A DNA stretch of 64,000 nt from contig JAYGCN010000052.1 in assembly GCA_046583315.1 (NCBI GenBank), positions 42,283 through 106,282 of the forward strand. Reading direction: 5' to 3'. Positions 1 through 8,980 of this stretch are shown here, piece after piece. A program made the position numbers and the translations under genes. The first letter of the stretch is position 1, and each line of letters opens with the position of its first letter. The notes beneath the pieces are model-generated. The model saw only the letters and a program-made list of their open reading frames with translations, was not told where the DNA came from and made no database searches. The DNA comes from Candidatus Hydrogenedentota bacterium (lineage in GTDB: Bacteria > Hydrogenedentota > Hydrogenedentia > Hydrogenedentales > GCA-2746185).

Positions 1-2
1 AT

Positions 3-578
3 TACTCCTTCGATCACAATGAAATCCACTTCGCCGTGTTGGATCCCTGGTGGAAATGGGCCGACGATACGCTGCATCAGGTGAGTGAACCCGAAGTGGC
101 TGCGCATCAGGAGATCCACCTGAAGGGTGCACGCTGGGAGTTGCCCCAGGAGCAACTCGATTGGCTTGAGCAAGATCTTTCGGAAAACGCGGACAAGATA
201 TGCCTCATTGCGAGCCACTTTCCGGCCATCGATATTCCTGAACGTTTGAAGCGGCCGGGGCTGCGTAATTCGGGCGCGCTGCAAAATGGGGACGACATCA
301 TCGCGCTGATACGTCGTCATCCTCAGGTGAAAGCGATATTCTCGGGGCATATGCACATGCACATTATTGAGCCTGACGAAGGCTTCACGCATGTGATTAC
401 CGGATCGCTGCCGGAATACCCGACGGAGTATCGGGAGGTGTGTGTGTTTGAAGACCGCATTGAAATAAATACGGTAGGTCTCAGTGACCCCTCGTTTGCT
501 ACGCGCTCGCTGATTCCGGGCAAGGATTACACTTCCGGGCAGCCGGGTGATCGGAAAGCAGTAATCCCTTTTCGCTAG
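3..578 (+). CDS. Calcineurin-like metallophosphoesterase (CpdA/Icc-like), 5' truncated by the window edge
   Basis: Frame is open from position 3 (YSFDHNEIHFAVLD...). Contains QLDWLEQDL, SHFP and FSGHMH metallophosphoesterase motifs. Confidence 0.8.
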   Translation, partial: YSFDHNEIHFAVLDPWWKWADDTLHQVSEPEVAAHQEIHLKGARWELPQEQLDWLEQDLSENADKICLIASHFPAIDIPERLKRPGLRNSGALQNGDDIIALIRRHPQVKAIFSGHMHMHIIEPDEGFTHVITGSLPEYPTEYREVCVFEDRIEINTVGLSDPSFATRSLIPGKDYTSGQPGDRKAVIPFR

Positions 579-590
579 ACGGTGGTTGGG

Positions 591-1055
591 TTACTTAACC
601 TTCATCACAACGATTAGATCGCCGTCCGTCAATTTCAGTCCGCCCAAGTTCAGATGTTTTCCCGGAGCCATCACCAATACGGTGTCCAACGCTTTAACGG
701 GATCCGAATCTTTCTTGGACTGCATGAGTATCTGCGTTTTCAGTCGGATTCGACCTTGATCGTCAATCGACGTGGGTTCGACCACGAGAGAATAGCGCTG
801 GTTAATGTAGAAGGTCGTTTTTTCGCCGAAGGGAATGACGGCGTTGGACGAACCAATCTTTTCGAAGGTGTCGTAACTGAGCGAGGCGATTGCCGACTTT
901 ACTTTTTCGAGGCCTTTACTGAAGGTCTTGTGCGGGGTACCCTTGTTTGATGCCTGTACAGACACAACGGTGATCTCGACGGGTGCCGGATCGGTCATCG
1001 CGTAGGACAGGCCGCTCAGCCAAAGGAGCGCCGTTATAAAAGCAAGATGCCTCAC
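591..1055 (-). CDS. Secreted hypothetical protein, third gene of the ECF operon
   Basis: N-terminal signal peptide; start overlaps the anti-sigma stop by 1 nt. Confidence 0.7.
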   Translation of the reverse strand: MRHLAFITALLWLSGLSYAMTDPAPVEITVVSVQASNKGTPHKTFSKGLEKVKSAIASLSYDTFEKIGSSNAVIPFGEKTTFYINQRYSLVVEPTSIDDQGRIRLKTQILMQSKKDSDPVKALDTVLVMAPGKHLNLGGLKLTDGDLIVVMKVK

Positions 1056-1549
1056 TACAGCTCTCCATCCTCAGGTGCATTCAGCCAAATTGTTGGCGTA
1101 CCACTGTCAGGTGCATTCAGCCAAATTGTTGGCGTACCACTGTCGGTGTAGAGCAATTCTGCCGACGCACCATCAATGTCCGTTGAGTAGGTTTCAACAA
1201 TCGTGTCCGCCGCAACGGGAGCGGGGCCTTCGGAGGTAATGGTCATCATGGACACGGCCACAATGACGGCTGCCGCTGAAACGGATGCCATGGCCCATAA
1301 TCCGGCGTGGCGACGTTTGGGCGCATGTACCCCCTCAGAGATTCCCGCGAGAAAAGCCGGCATCTGTGCATCGTCGATGGTGGGTGTTTCAGGAAGTGCT
1401 TCGAGCGATGCACGGCAGGTCTTCATAAAAGTGAGATGTTTCTGACAGGTTGTGCAGTGTTCAATATGCGATTCGAGTTGTGGGTCATTCGGCTGTTCCC
1501 CGTCGAACCAGCGTTCCACATCGTTTTCGTGTGTACATGTCGATTTCAT
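1055..1549 (-). CDS. Zinc-binding (ZAS) transmembrane anti-sigma factor
   Basis: HxxxCxxC motif (HIEHCTTC), one TM helix, directly downstream of an ECF sigma factor. Confidence 0.8.
   Translation of the reverse strand: MKSTCTHENDVERWFDGEQPNDPQLESHIEHCTTCQKHLTFMKTCRASLEALPETPTIDDAQMPAFLAGISEGVHAPKRRHAGLWAMASVSAAAVIVAVSMMTITSEGPAPVAADTIVETYSTDIDGASAELLYTDSGTPTIWLNAPDSGTPTIWLNAPEDGEL
1071..1142. repeat. Perfect 36-bp tandem duplication (2 copies) inside the anti-sigma gene
   Basis: TCAGGTGCATTCAGCCAAATTGTTGGCGTACCACTG at 1071-1106 and 1107-1142, giving DSGTPTIWLNAP twice. Confidence 0.95.
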
Positions 1550-2194
1550 TTATCGATCCTCCATGACGCCCATGTCGAGCAGCGTCTGTTGCAGTTTCTT
1601 CCTAGCATGGTGCAAGCGACTCATCACCGTGCCCAAACTGCATTTCATGACTTCCGCCATGTTTTCATACGATAACCCTTCTAGTTCCCGTAATACAAAA
1701 GCCGTTTTATGTTTATCCGAAAGTGTGTCCAGCGCCTGCGTAATGCGCTGGCCGAGTTCGGATGATGCCATCGATTCATCCGGGCGAGCCGCAACACTTT
1801 CAAAGCGCGCCTCGGGCATCGAGTCATCGAGTGATATCGTCTTCAATTTTCGTTTTTTGAAAAAGTCTTTACAGCGATTCGCCGTGATGCGCAAGATCCA
1901 GGTCTTGAAACTTGAGTCGCCACGAAACGAGCCTATTGCCCGGTGTGCTTTGATGAACACTTCCTGCGAAATATCCCAGGCGTCTTCACGATTGCGCACG
2001 TAGTGATAGGCCAATCCATAGACATCGTTGCGATACCGTCGAACCAATTCTTCAAATGCGGCGTAATCACCCGTCCGGGCATCTCCGGTGAGCGTTTGAT
2101 CATCGGCTTCGCGCAACTCGGCGTACGATTTGGAATCTTTCGATTCGACCATAAAATCATCCATCAACAGGCTGAGTTCAACGGCTTCGCTCAC
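1550..2194 (-). CDS. ECF RNA polymerase sigma-70 factor
   Basis: Region 2 (DAWDISQEVFIKA, FKTWILRITANRCKD) and region 4 (LSYENMAEVMKCSLGTVMSRLHHAR). Start placed at GTG 2194 behind GGGAG; start position uncertain. Confidence 0.92.
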   Translation of the reverse strand: MSEAVELSLLMDDFMVESKDSKSYAELREADDQTLTGDARTGDYAAFEELVRRYRNDVYGLAYHYVRNREDAWDISQEVFIKAHRAIGSFRGDSSFKTWILRITANRCKDFFKKRKLKTISLDDSMPEARFESVAARPDESMASSELGQRITQALDTLSDKHKTAFVLRELEGLSYENMAEVMKCSLGTVMSRLHHARKKLQQTLLDMGVMEDR

Positions 2195-2227
2195 ATCTTC
2201 GCTCCCGGGTTGTTGATTACACCCAAC

Positions 2228-2255
2228 TAGACGCAAACCGTTGAGGGATATTCAC
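2228..2255 (-). promoter_or_regulatory. Candidate ECF autoregulatory promoter
   Basis: GTGAAT-N16-CGTCTA on the minus strand upstream of the ECF gene, resembling ECF -35/-10 architecture. Confidence 0.45.
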
Positions 2256-2400
2256 TTCCAGCCTTCTATTTATAAGTAAAAATTGCCCATCCGTTATAAT
2301 ATACTGATAATAAAGGGCTTAGCTTGCTGTAGTCAAGTGATTTTCTTGCATGCTTATACTCAAAATCGGTACCCTGTGTGTCCAAACGAGGAGGAAATAC

Positions 2401-3090
2401 ATGTCAACTACACCCGAAATCGAAACCATGTCCCTGGACGAAGCCATCTATGCACGTCGCTCCGTTCGAGGTTATCTGGATAAACCTGTGCCGCAGGAAG
2501 TGCTCAACGAGGTATTCGCCCTGGCGCAACGTACTCCGTCCAATTGCAACATTCAGCCTTGGAAGGTATTTGTTGCCTCCGGGGAAGTCCGTGATCGGCT
2601 GCGCGAAAAAATGATTCACAATGTGACCAACGGTATCGCGCCCAAAGCCGATGTACCGTATCCTGGCAAATTCGAGGGGGAATATCGTAAACGCCAAGTC
2701 GACTGCGCTTTCGAGATGTACGGTGAAATGGGCATTGCCCGCGAAGACAAAGAAGGCCGTATGCGCGCATCCCTTCGCAACTTTGAACTCTTCGATGCGC
2801 CGCACGTCGCTTTCATCGGCATGGAAAGCACTTTCGGGACAACCGTCGGTCTTGATGTCGGCATGTACATGCAGACCCTCATGCTCGCCATGGCCTCCCG
2901 CGGCATCGCCAGTTGTGCCCAGGGCAGCATGCGCTCCTACCCCGACCTCGTGCGCGAAGAATTCCCCGGCAACGATAACATCGACATCCTCGTCGGCATG
3001 TCCTTCGGCTACGAAGACGCGGAAGTATTGGCCAACAACACCCGAATCGATCGCGACCCGATAGATGCGAGCGTGACGTTCAAGGGGTAG
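2401..3090 (+). CDS. Nitroreductase family protein
   Basis: RRSVRGY and TPSNCNIQPW motifs; GAGGAGG SD before ATG 2401. Confidence 0.92.
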   Translation: MSTTPEIETMSLDEAIYARRSVRGYLDKPVPQEVLNEVFALAQRTPSNCNIQPWKVFVASGEVRDRLREKMIHNVTNGIAPKADVPYPGKFEGEYRKRQVDCAFEMYGEMGIAREDKEGRMRASLRNFELFDAPHVAFIGMESTFGTTVGLDVGMYMQTLMLAMASRGIASCAQGSMRSYPDLVREEFPGNDNIDILVGMSFGYEDAEVLANNTRIDRDPIDASVTFKG

Positions 3091-3123
3091 GGCAATACCT
3101 CAATCAAGGATGCAAAGCATCCG

Positions 3124-3167
3124 CCGGTCTTTCTTTTCTTTCTTCCCAGAAAGAAAAGAAAGACCGG
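3124..3167. repeat. Perfect 20-bp pyrimidine/purine inverted repeat between convergent genes (possible terminator)
   Basis: CCGGTCTTTCTTTTCTTTCT-TCCC-AGAAAGAAAAGAAAGACCGG. Confidence 0.8.
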
Positions 3168-3174
3168 TTTGCTC

Positions 3175-4152
3175 TTAGGAGTGGCGTATCAACACGAATT
3201 CTGCGCATTCGCGCATGGTGTCGACGTAGTGGGAGGGGGGGAGTGCTTCGAGGGCGGTGATGCCTGAGTTGACGTAGTCGCGGCACAAATTAACGACCTT
3301 GTCGGTCGCGCCGGTGGACTGCATTTGGTCATGAATCCAGGTACGGTCGTCTTCGGTAAGGGCGTTGCCGAGCAGGGATTCGAGGCGCGCTTGGTCGGCA
3401 TCATTCATGGCTGTTTTCATCTCGATGATCGGCAGCGTTGTTTTGCCTTCAACGATGTCTCCGCAGGACGGTTTTCCGAGCGTTTCTTCGGTTTCCGTGA
3501 GGTCGATGACATCATCGATGAGCTGGAATGCGGTGCCCATGCCCATGCCGTAGTCGTAGAGTGGCTTGCGATGGGTTTCATCGAGCAGCAGTGATGGCGT
3601 TGAGCAGGCTACGGCGAACAGACTGGCCGTTTTCTTTTCGGAAAGTCGTATGCAATCTTCCGCGTTCAGATTTTCTTTGCCGCGACCGAAGTTGATGAGT
3701 TCGCCCTCGGCCATTTGGTGGATGGAATCGAGCGCACTGACGATGACCTGGCAATTGTCGTAGGCTGTCATGATGCTGAGCGCGCGCGCGACCAGATAGT
3801 CTCCGCCGAGTACAGCGGTATGGTTGTCCCACAGGCGATTGAGCGATGTTTCGCCGCGGCGCGTATCGGCGCTGTCCACCACATCATCGTGCGCGAGCGC
3901 GGCCAGGTGTAGCAATTCCATGCCGGCGGCCATTTCGGTGAAGTGATCAAGATTATCGGCACCGCATGCGCCGGCAGACAAGAAACACAGCGCGGGACGC
4001 ATGAGTTTTCCGCCGAGCCGCGGCGGGGTCACTTCGGGTCCATAGACCAGTTGGAAGGCATCGGTCCATTCGCGTGTGACGGTTTCGCGGACGCGATCCA
4101 GCTGAGGATCGATGGATTCGAAGAGCAATTTGAGGGACAGTGTGGAAGACAT
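3175..4152 (-). CDS. Polyprenyl (octa/heptaprenyl) diphosphate synthase, IspB-like
   Basis: GGKLMRP, first aspartate-rich motif HDDVVD..RRG, KTASLF, second motif FQLIDDVID. Confidence 0.92.
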   Translation of the reverse strand: MSSTLSLKLLFESIDPQLDRVRETVTREWTDAFQLVYGPEVTPPRLGGKLMRPALCFLSAGACGADNLDHFTEMAAGMELLHLAALAHDDVVDSADTRRGETSLNRLWDNHTAVLGGDYLVARALSIMTAYDNCQVIVSALDSIHQMAEGELINFGRGKENLNAEDCIRLSEKKTASLFAVACSTPSLLLDETHRKPLYDYGMGMGTAFQLIDDVIDLTETEETLGKPSCGDIVEGKTTLPIIEMKTAMNDADQARLESLLGNALTEDDRTWIHDQMQSTGATDKVVNLCRDYVNSGITALEALPPSHYVDTMRECAEFVLIRHS

Positions 4153-4206
4153 CGGAGGATTATAGCATACGCCCGCGGGCCGAAAAAGGTCTCGTGTGTG
4201 GGGCGG

Positions 4207-6477
4207 CTACTCAGCTGTGGCGCGTACGAACTGTATTTCCAGCGGGATATTCGTGGCGGCGGAACGTGGAATCGTTATCGAAGCCACGCCATTGGAGAGC
4301 GTCCAGGGCGTATCTTGGGAGTCGATGGTGACGGACGAGACGTTGAGAACATCCGGGACGAGGATGTGAATGTTGTAGTCGTCGAGGGAAGGTGTGAGCG
4401 ATCCGTGCAAGCGCATCGTGTCAGATTTCCAGCCTGTTTTAAGTTGGTCGGGCGTGCTGGATGCGATTGAACGTGACGTGCCGAGCAGCAAGGGGACTCC
4501 CCGGAATTCGCGTAGCAACAGCGTGCGCACTTGTCCGGCGGATACGTTGATGTTGACCTGGTTGCTGGCGTTTCCATAATACCGCTGTTGATCGAGATCG
4601 AAGAGGGTGTATTTTGTAGCTCGGCGTTGCCGGGATTCCCCTAACGGCAGGGTCACAGTTCTGGTTTTGTCGCCGTGTACGTTTTGAATGCTCGCGAGCA
4701 GCCATTGGCCCGAAGTTTCTGTTCCACGCTTGAGCCAGATCGCTGGCGGATCGGCTAGAAAGAGGTCGCGTGGTTTGGCCGGATGCAACAAGGGGGGAAG
4801 GAATATCGATGTGCGGGTATCGGCCTCCCATGCGGTGTCGAGCGTCTCAATAGTTTCTATCAAGTTTACGGCCATGATGCCCGCTTGGGGATAGGTCAAT
4901 TCATTTTCGCCTGAACGATTTAGGGTATATCGATGCCCCAGATGAGGCGCGTAGGAAAATTTGGAGAACTCGTTGTGACTTTCGAGATGGCCCGTGTAGG
5001 GGAAGGTTGGAAGGAGATGGGAGGGATTGAGAATTATCGGAGTGGTCGGGGTTACTGAAGCTCTGAGCGTTGCCATTGCCATACGCGCGATTTCGATTTT
5101 GGTTAAATGGTCGCCGGATTGGAACCCATATTCGTCGGTTTGGAGCTCACTATCCGTAAAGTTCCATACGAGGCTTCTTGTGTACAGATCGAGATCGATG
5201 CCCCATATTGAATCGAAACCAATCGTTTTCTGACGTTCCTTCAATCGTTGCATTAGCCAACTACTCGCTATCAGGTTTGTGACATCCAGCAAGTCGTGTG
5301 AGATCGTCGAGGATGAGTACATGGAGGTGGGTTCATGAACAAACCAGTCGGGATTCTGTTTTACTTCGTCCGATTGGATAGGAAACTCGAAGGGGTTGCC
5401 GAATAATCCGACTCGAAACCCGTGCTGTCGAATAAGGCTGGCGTGGGTGGCGAGAGACCTATCGCTGACGGAATAGGGGTACTCCGGCGGTCGTCCAATG
5501 ATAAAACGAATTTGTTCTGCGTGTGCGCCGCTCGACTCAATTCGTTCGATGGCATCCAACAGTACGGCGCGATATTCTTCGTCGGTCGGGTACTCATGCA
5601 TGACCAGAATATTTCGTGCCGGAGTTTTCGTGTAAACGGGAATGCGGTTTGTGACCGCGATGGCTTTTGCGTATCGCTCCAGAGCGAGGAGCGGGTCGGA
5701 TTCTGCGATGGCGAGATAGAGTATTTCGGATTCGAGGACTTCTCCCGGATTAACGGTGGCGGGCGGATCGTAGATGTTGGTCGCGCGCATATAGTTGAAA
5801 TGGTTGGGTTCGTCGTCAAGCGACTGTATGTGTACTGTATTGAAGGCGCGTGCCTGCGTGGTAAACCCGGCGATCAGGGATTGGCCTGTGTGCGGGTTTA
5901 GCAAGGCCATCATGTTGGCGGCCTGTCCGTTCTGGGTGGCGAGCGCTCGTGAATCTTTTCCCATGCCATCGAGCAGCATGATAGAGTCCGCCGTGCCTGC
6001 GCCGAGAATTACGCTGCCCTTTCGTGGGTCGCCTATCGCCCAAGGGATCAATTGTTTGATGTGTACTGGTTTTTTGGAGTTGTTGATGTACGCGAGTTGC
6101 ACAGCGAGGTAAGGTTTGGTGGGATAGGCTTGCAGTGTCCATTGGATGTCATTGAATCGAATCCGCATGCCCTGACCGCGTCCCAACGCGTCGTTCACTT
6201 CGAAACGTTGGGAATAGCGACCATCGAGACGTACCGCTTCCGGTTTTTTCTTGCCCGCGAACCAGACCATCGGGAAGGCATCAACAAAAATGGGTGCACC
6301 GGCAGAGGTGGTAATGTCCACCCGACCGTTTTTCTGGATGGATATGTGGTATTGGCCTGTGTTTAGTGAACGATATTCACGGCCGGGACCGAATACTTGC
6401 GCCGACACGATGCTCGTGCACAGCAGGAGTGCCAGCATCGCTATAGCGCACCGTTGATATCGATTTGCGGACAGCAT
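4207..6477 (-). CDS. Secreted GH36/alpha-galactosidase-like protein with a degenerate catalytic domain
   Basis: Signal peptide and GH36-like architecture (SLIAGFTT, PGEVLESE, LERYAKA, HGFRVGLF..PF, PDWFV, LDVTN, GFDSI). Family assigned by motif recall. Confidence 0.55.
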   Translation of the reverse strand: MLSANRYQRCAIAMLALLLCTSIVSAQVFGPGREYRSLNTGQYHISIQKNGRVDITTSAGAPIFVDAFPMVWFAGKKKPEAVRLDGRYSQRFEVNDALGRGQGMRIRFNDIQWTLQAYPTKPYLAVQLAYINNSKKPVHIKQLIPWAIGDPRKGSVILGAGTADSIMLLDGMGKDSRALATQNGQAANMMALLNPHTGQSLIAGFTTQARAFNTVHIQSLDDEPNHFNYMRATNIYDPPATVNPGEVLESEILYLAIAESDPLLALERYAKAIAVTNRIPVYTKTPARNILVMHEYPTDEEYRAVLLDAIERIESSGAHAEQIRFIIGRPPEYPYSVSDRSLATHASLIRQHGFRVGLFGNPFEFPIQSDEVKQNPDWFVHEPTSMYSSSTISHDLLDVTNLIASSWLMQRLKERQKTIGFDSIWGIDLDLYTRSLVWNFTDSELQTDEYGFQSGDHLTKIEIARMAMATLRASVTPTTPIILNPSHLLPTFPYTGHLESHNEFSKFSYAPHLGHRYTLNRSGENELTYPQAGIMAVNLIETIETLDTAWEADTRTSIFLPPLLHPAKPRDLFLADPPAIWLKRGTETSGQWLLASIQNVHGDKTRTVTLPLGESRQRRATKYTLFDLDQQRYYGNASNQVNINVSAGQVRTLLLREFRGVPLLLGTSRSIASSTPDQLKTGWKSDTMRLHGSLTPSLDDYNIHILVPDVLNVSSVTIDSQDTPWTLSNGVASITIPRSAATNIPLEIQFVRATAE

Positions 6478-6479
6478 AA

Positions 6480-7511
6480 TTATTTCAACGTGACTTTCTT
6501 GCCGTTATCGCTGGATTTATATGCGGCCAAGGCGACTTCGAGCGCGTTACGCCCGACCTGACCCGTCATTGTTTGTTTCTCTTTGCCTTCAATGACATCG
6601 ATCCAGTGTTTGATTTCGACATCCCAGCCGCCACGGGTCGGGTTCTTATCGAGCGTCTTCCATTTTACCGAACCGTCCTTGCCAGCGGACGCGTTACCTT
6701 GGCAGAGCTGTAAGCCTTTGATGTAATCGCAGATGAGCGTGCCTTCGGTGCCGTAGATTTCCACGCCCGCGAATCCCGGCTGACTCGTCCAGCCGACTTC
6801 GATGTATCCGAGCGCGCCGTTTTTGTATTCGATTTGCAGTAGCGCGTTGTCGTCTACTGGAATCTTCTTGACCACGGTGCGTGCCATGGCGTTGATTGAT
6901 TTTATCGGACCCATCATCCACAGCGACAAGTCGATCGCGTGGATACCCATGTCTAGTAGGGCACCACCGGCCGCGAGTTTAGGGTTGTAGAACCAGGCAT
7001 TCTTCGCCCAGCTGGGATAGGGACCGCCATGCGCGAAACGCACGCGACACATGAAGGGTTTTCCGATTTTACCGTCCTGTATCATCTGTTTCGTTTTCTG
7101 TGTGCCCGTGAACATGCGGTGTGTAAAACCGATCATCAGTTTTCTGCGATTCTTTTTCGCCGCCGCAATCATTTTGTCCGCCTGATTCAGATTGATGGCG
7201 ATCGGTTTTTCGCACAAGACGTGGCATTTTGCATTGAGCGCCGCAATAGTGTTCTCCGCGTGGAAGGCATTCGGGGTGCAAATGCTGACGATGTCGAGGT
7301 CCTCGTTTTTCAGCATGTCCTTGTAATCCGTGTATCCCGTGACCCTGCCGAAACGCTCCTTCACCTCGTCATGCCGCTCCGCAGTGGGTTCCGCAAACGC
7401 GACGACCTTCGTGCGGCGATCTTTCTTGTATCCTGGAAAGTGGCATTCCTGCGCAATCGCGCCCGCGCCAATAATGCCGACCGTATATACCTTCTTCGTG
7501 CTTGTAGCCAT
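6480..7511 (-). CDS. Gfo/Idh/MocA family oxidoreductase
   Basis: GIIGAGAIA, CTPNAFH, HVLCEKP, GGALLDMGIH motifs. Confidence 0.93.
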   Translation of the reverse strand: MATSTKKVYTVGIIGAGAIAQECHFPGYKKDRRTKVVAFAEPTAERHDEVKERFGRVTGYTDYKDMLKNEDLDIVSICTPNAFHAENTIAALNAKCHVLCEKPIAINLNQADKMIAAAKKNRRKLMIGFTHRMFTGTQKTKQMIQDGKIGKPFMCRVRFAHGGPYPSWAKNAWFYNPKLAAGGALLDMGIHAIDLSLWMMGPIKSINAMARTVVKKIPVDDNALLQIEYKNGALGYIEVGWTSQPGFAGVEIYGTEGTLICDYIKGLQLCQGNASAGKDGSVKWKTLDKNPTRGGWDVEIKHWIDVIEGKEKQTMTGQVGRNALEVALAAYKSSDNGKKVTLK

Positions 7512-7642
7512 GTAGCGATGTACTCCTGTGGGGTTATTGCTGAAGTGTAGAGCGTTAAGTCTAATAGTTAATACGATTCAATACAACTTGGTTGCTTCTT
7601 TGACGCGAATCGTGAGGAAGATGGCGGACGAAGGTGGGGAAT

Positions 7643-8935
7643 CTACTTTCCCTTGGTATATAGGTTGATTTTCGCCTGAATCTTTCTGGAAAGGCTGTCG
7701 CATTGGTTGAGGAAGATGAGGAATTTCCGATCGCTGGTGAGGTCTTAGTGAGTGAGTTCTTCGATGGCCTGCAGTTTGATGCGGGTGACTTCGTTTAGGC
7801 GTTCTTTGAGTTTCGCGGGACTGGATTCTTCCATCTGCTGTTCTTCGATCCTGAGCGTATCGGTGAGGTGTTCGTGCATGATGCGATTTTGATTTAACAG
7901 GGCGCGTTCACGGAATTTCCTCATTCTTTCGTCGCGTCGACGCCACAGCAGGTACAAACCGGCCGCAATGGAGAGGAGAATTTCTTTGGCCCCGGCGAGG
8001 AATTGCATCAACGCACCGAAATTCTCGAGGCCCTTGTAGGGCGTGAAATAACTGAGACTCGCCTCATGCATCGGGAAAATTCGCCATTGTTCGGCTTCGC
8101 TGTAGGGGATTAAGGTCGGCAATTTTCGGTCGGCCCGTAGATCGTTCGTGTAGAGTGCGTCGAGTACGGTTTGAACGAGCAGGGCGTTCGCATCCTCACG
8201 TGCGGCCAGGAACGCCATCGTTGACACGGTGGATACGGGCTCCGGCGGAACAGGTTTATTCTCTGCGAAGAAGCCCCGGGGAATTTCATATTCGGCAAAA
8301 TAGGCATGGCGCACGGATAGGGTGGCGGCATCTTAAATATTCAGAATCTTGAAGTCTCCGGTGGACAAGATGCGTTGCAGATCTTGATTCATCAGGCCGG
8401 TCGTAATGGTCGCGCCATCGATTTCTGGATGATCTTCCAGGAGTTCGAAGGAACCTCGTGCGTGTTCATCCTGCTCGGCGAATTTGAGGTCGTAGTGGTT
8501 GACTACCATCATGGCCGCCTGAACCATGCCCGAATGCGTCGGGCCGAGTATGATGGTGCGCCCATTCAGATCGAGCATCGAATCGATATCGCGATCGTTG
8601 CGCACGACCACGAGGATAACTTCATCAAAGGAGGGGACGAGCCCGGTCAGCCCATCCATCGACATGGCACCCGCCTGAAGTATCGCGTTCGCGACGGAGC
8701 CGACGGTCGGCAGAATCTCCACGTGATTCGGACCGTTTGGGTCGTTTTCCAAGGCCGTGGTCAAATGGCTCGCGAATTCATCATAGAGTCCACCCGAATC
8801 ACCGGCGGCAATGCGTATCGTGTTCGGCAAGGTCTCGCGGGTTACGAACCAGATAATGATCGATATGGGGATAATCGAGATGATGAGCGCTATCCACCAC
8901 CGTTGCATCAGGTATGATTTTGTGAATTTTCCCAT
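7643..8935 (-). pseudogene. TAXI-family TRAP solute-binding membrane protein interrupted by two in-frame TAA stops
   Basis: IRIAAGDSGGLY and PTVGSVAN motifs. ORFs 8333-8935 and 7745-8314 are in the same frame, separated only by TAA 8335-8333. The frame continues past TAA 7747-7745 (DLTSDRKFLIFLNQC...) to TAG 7645-7643. Confidence 0.75.
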
Positions 8936-8980
8936 CGCCAGTTGCTCGCTCCCTGCCGTGTTGACAGAGTTGAGTCTATT

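Noticed and set aside
1071..1142. 36-bp repeat as a CRISPR array
   Set aside because: Two directly adjacent copies with no spacer, in frame inside a CDS, and no cas genes.
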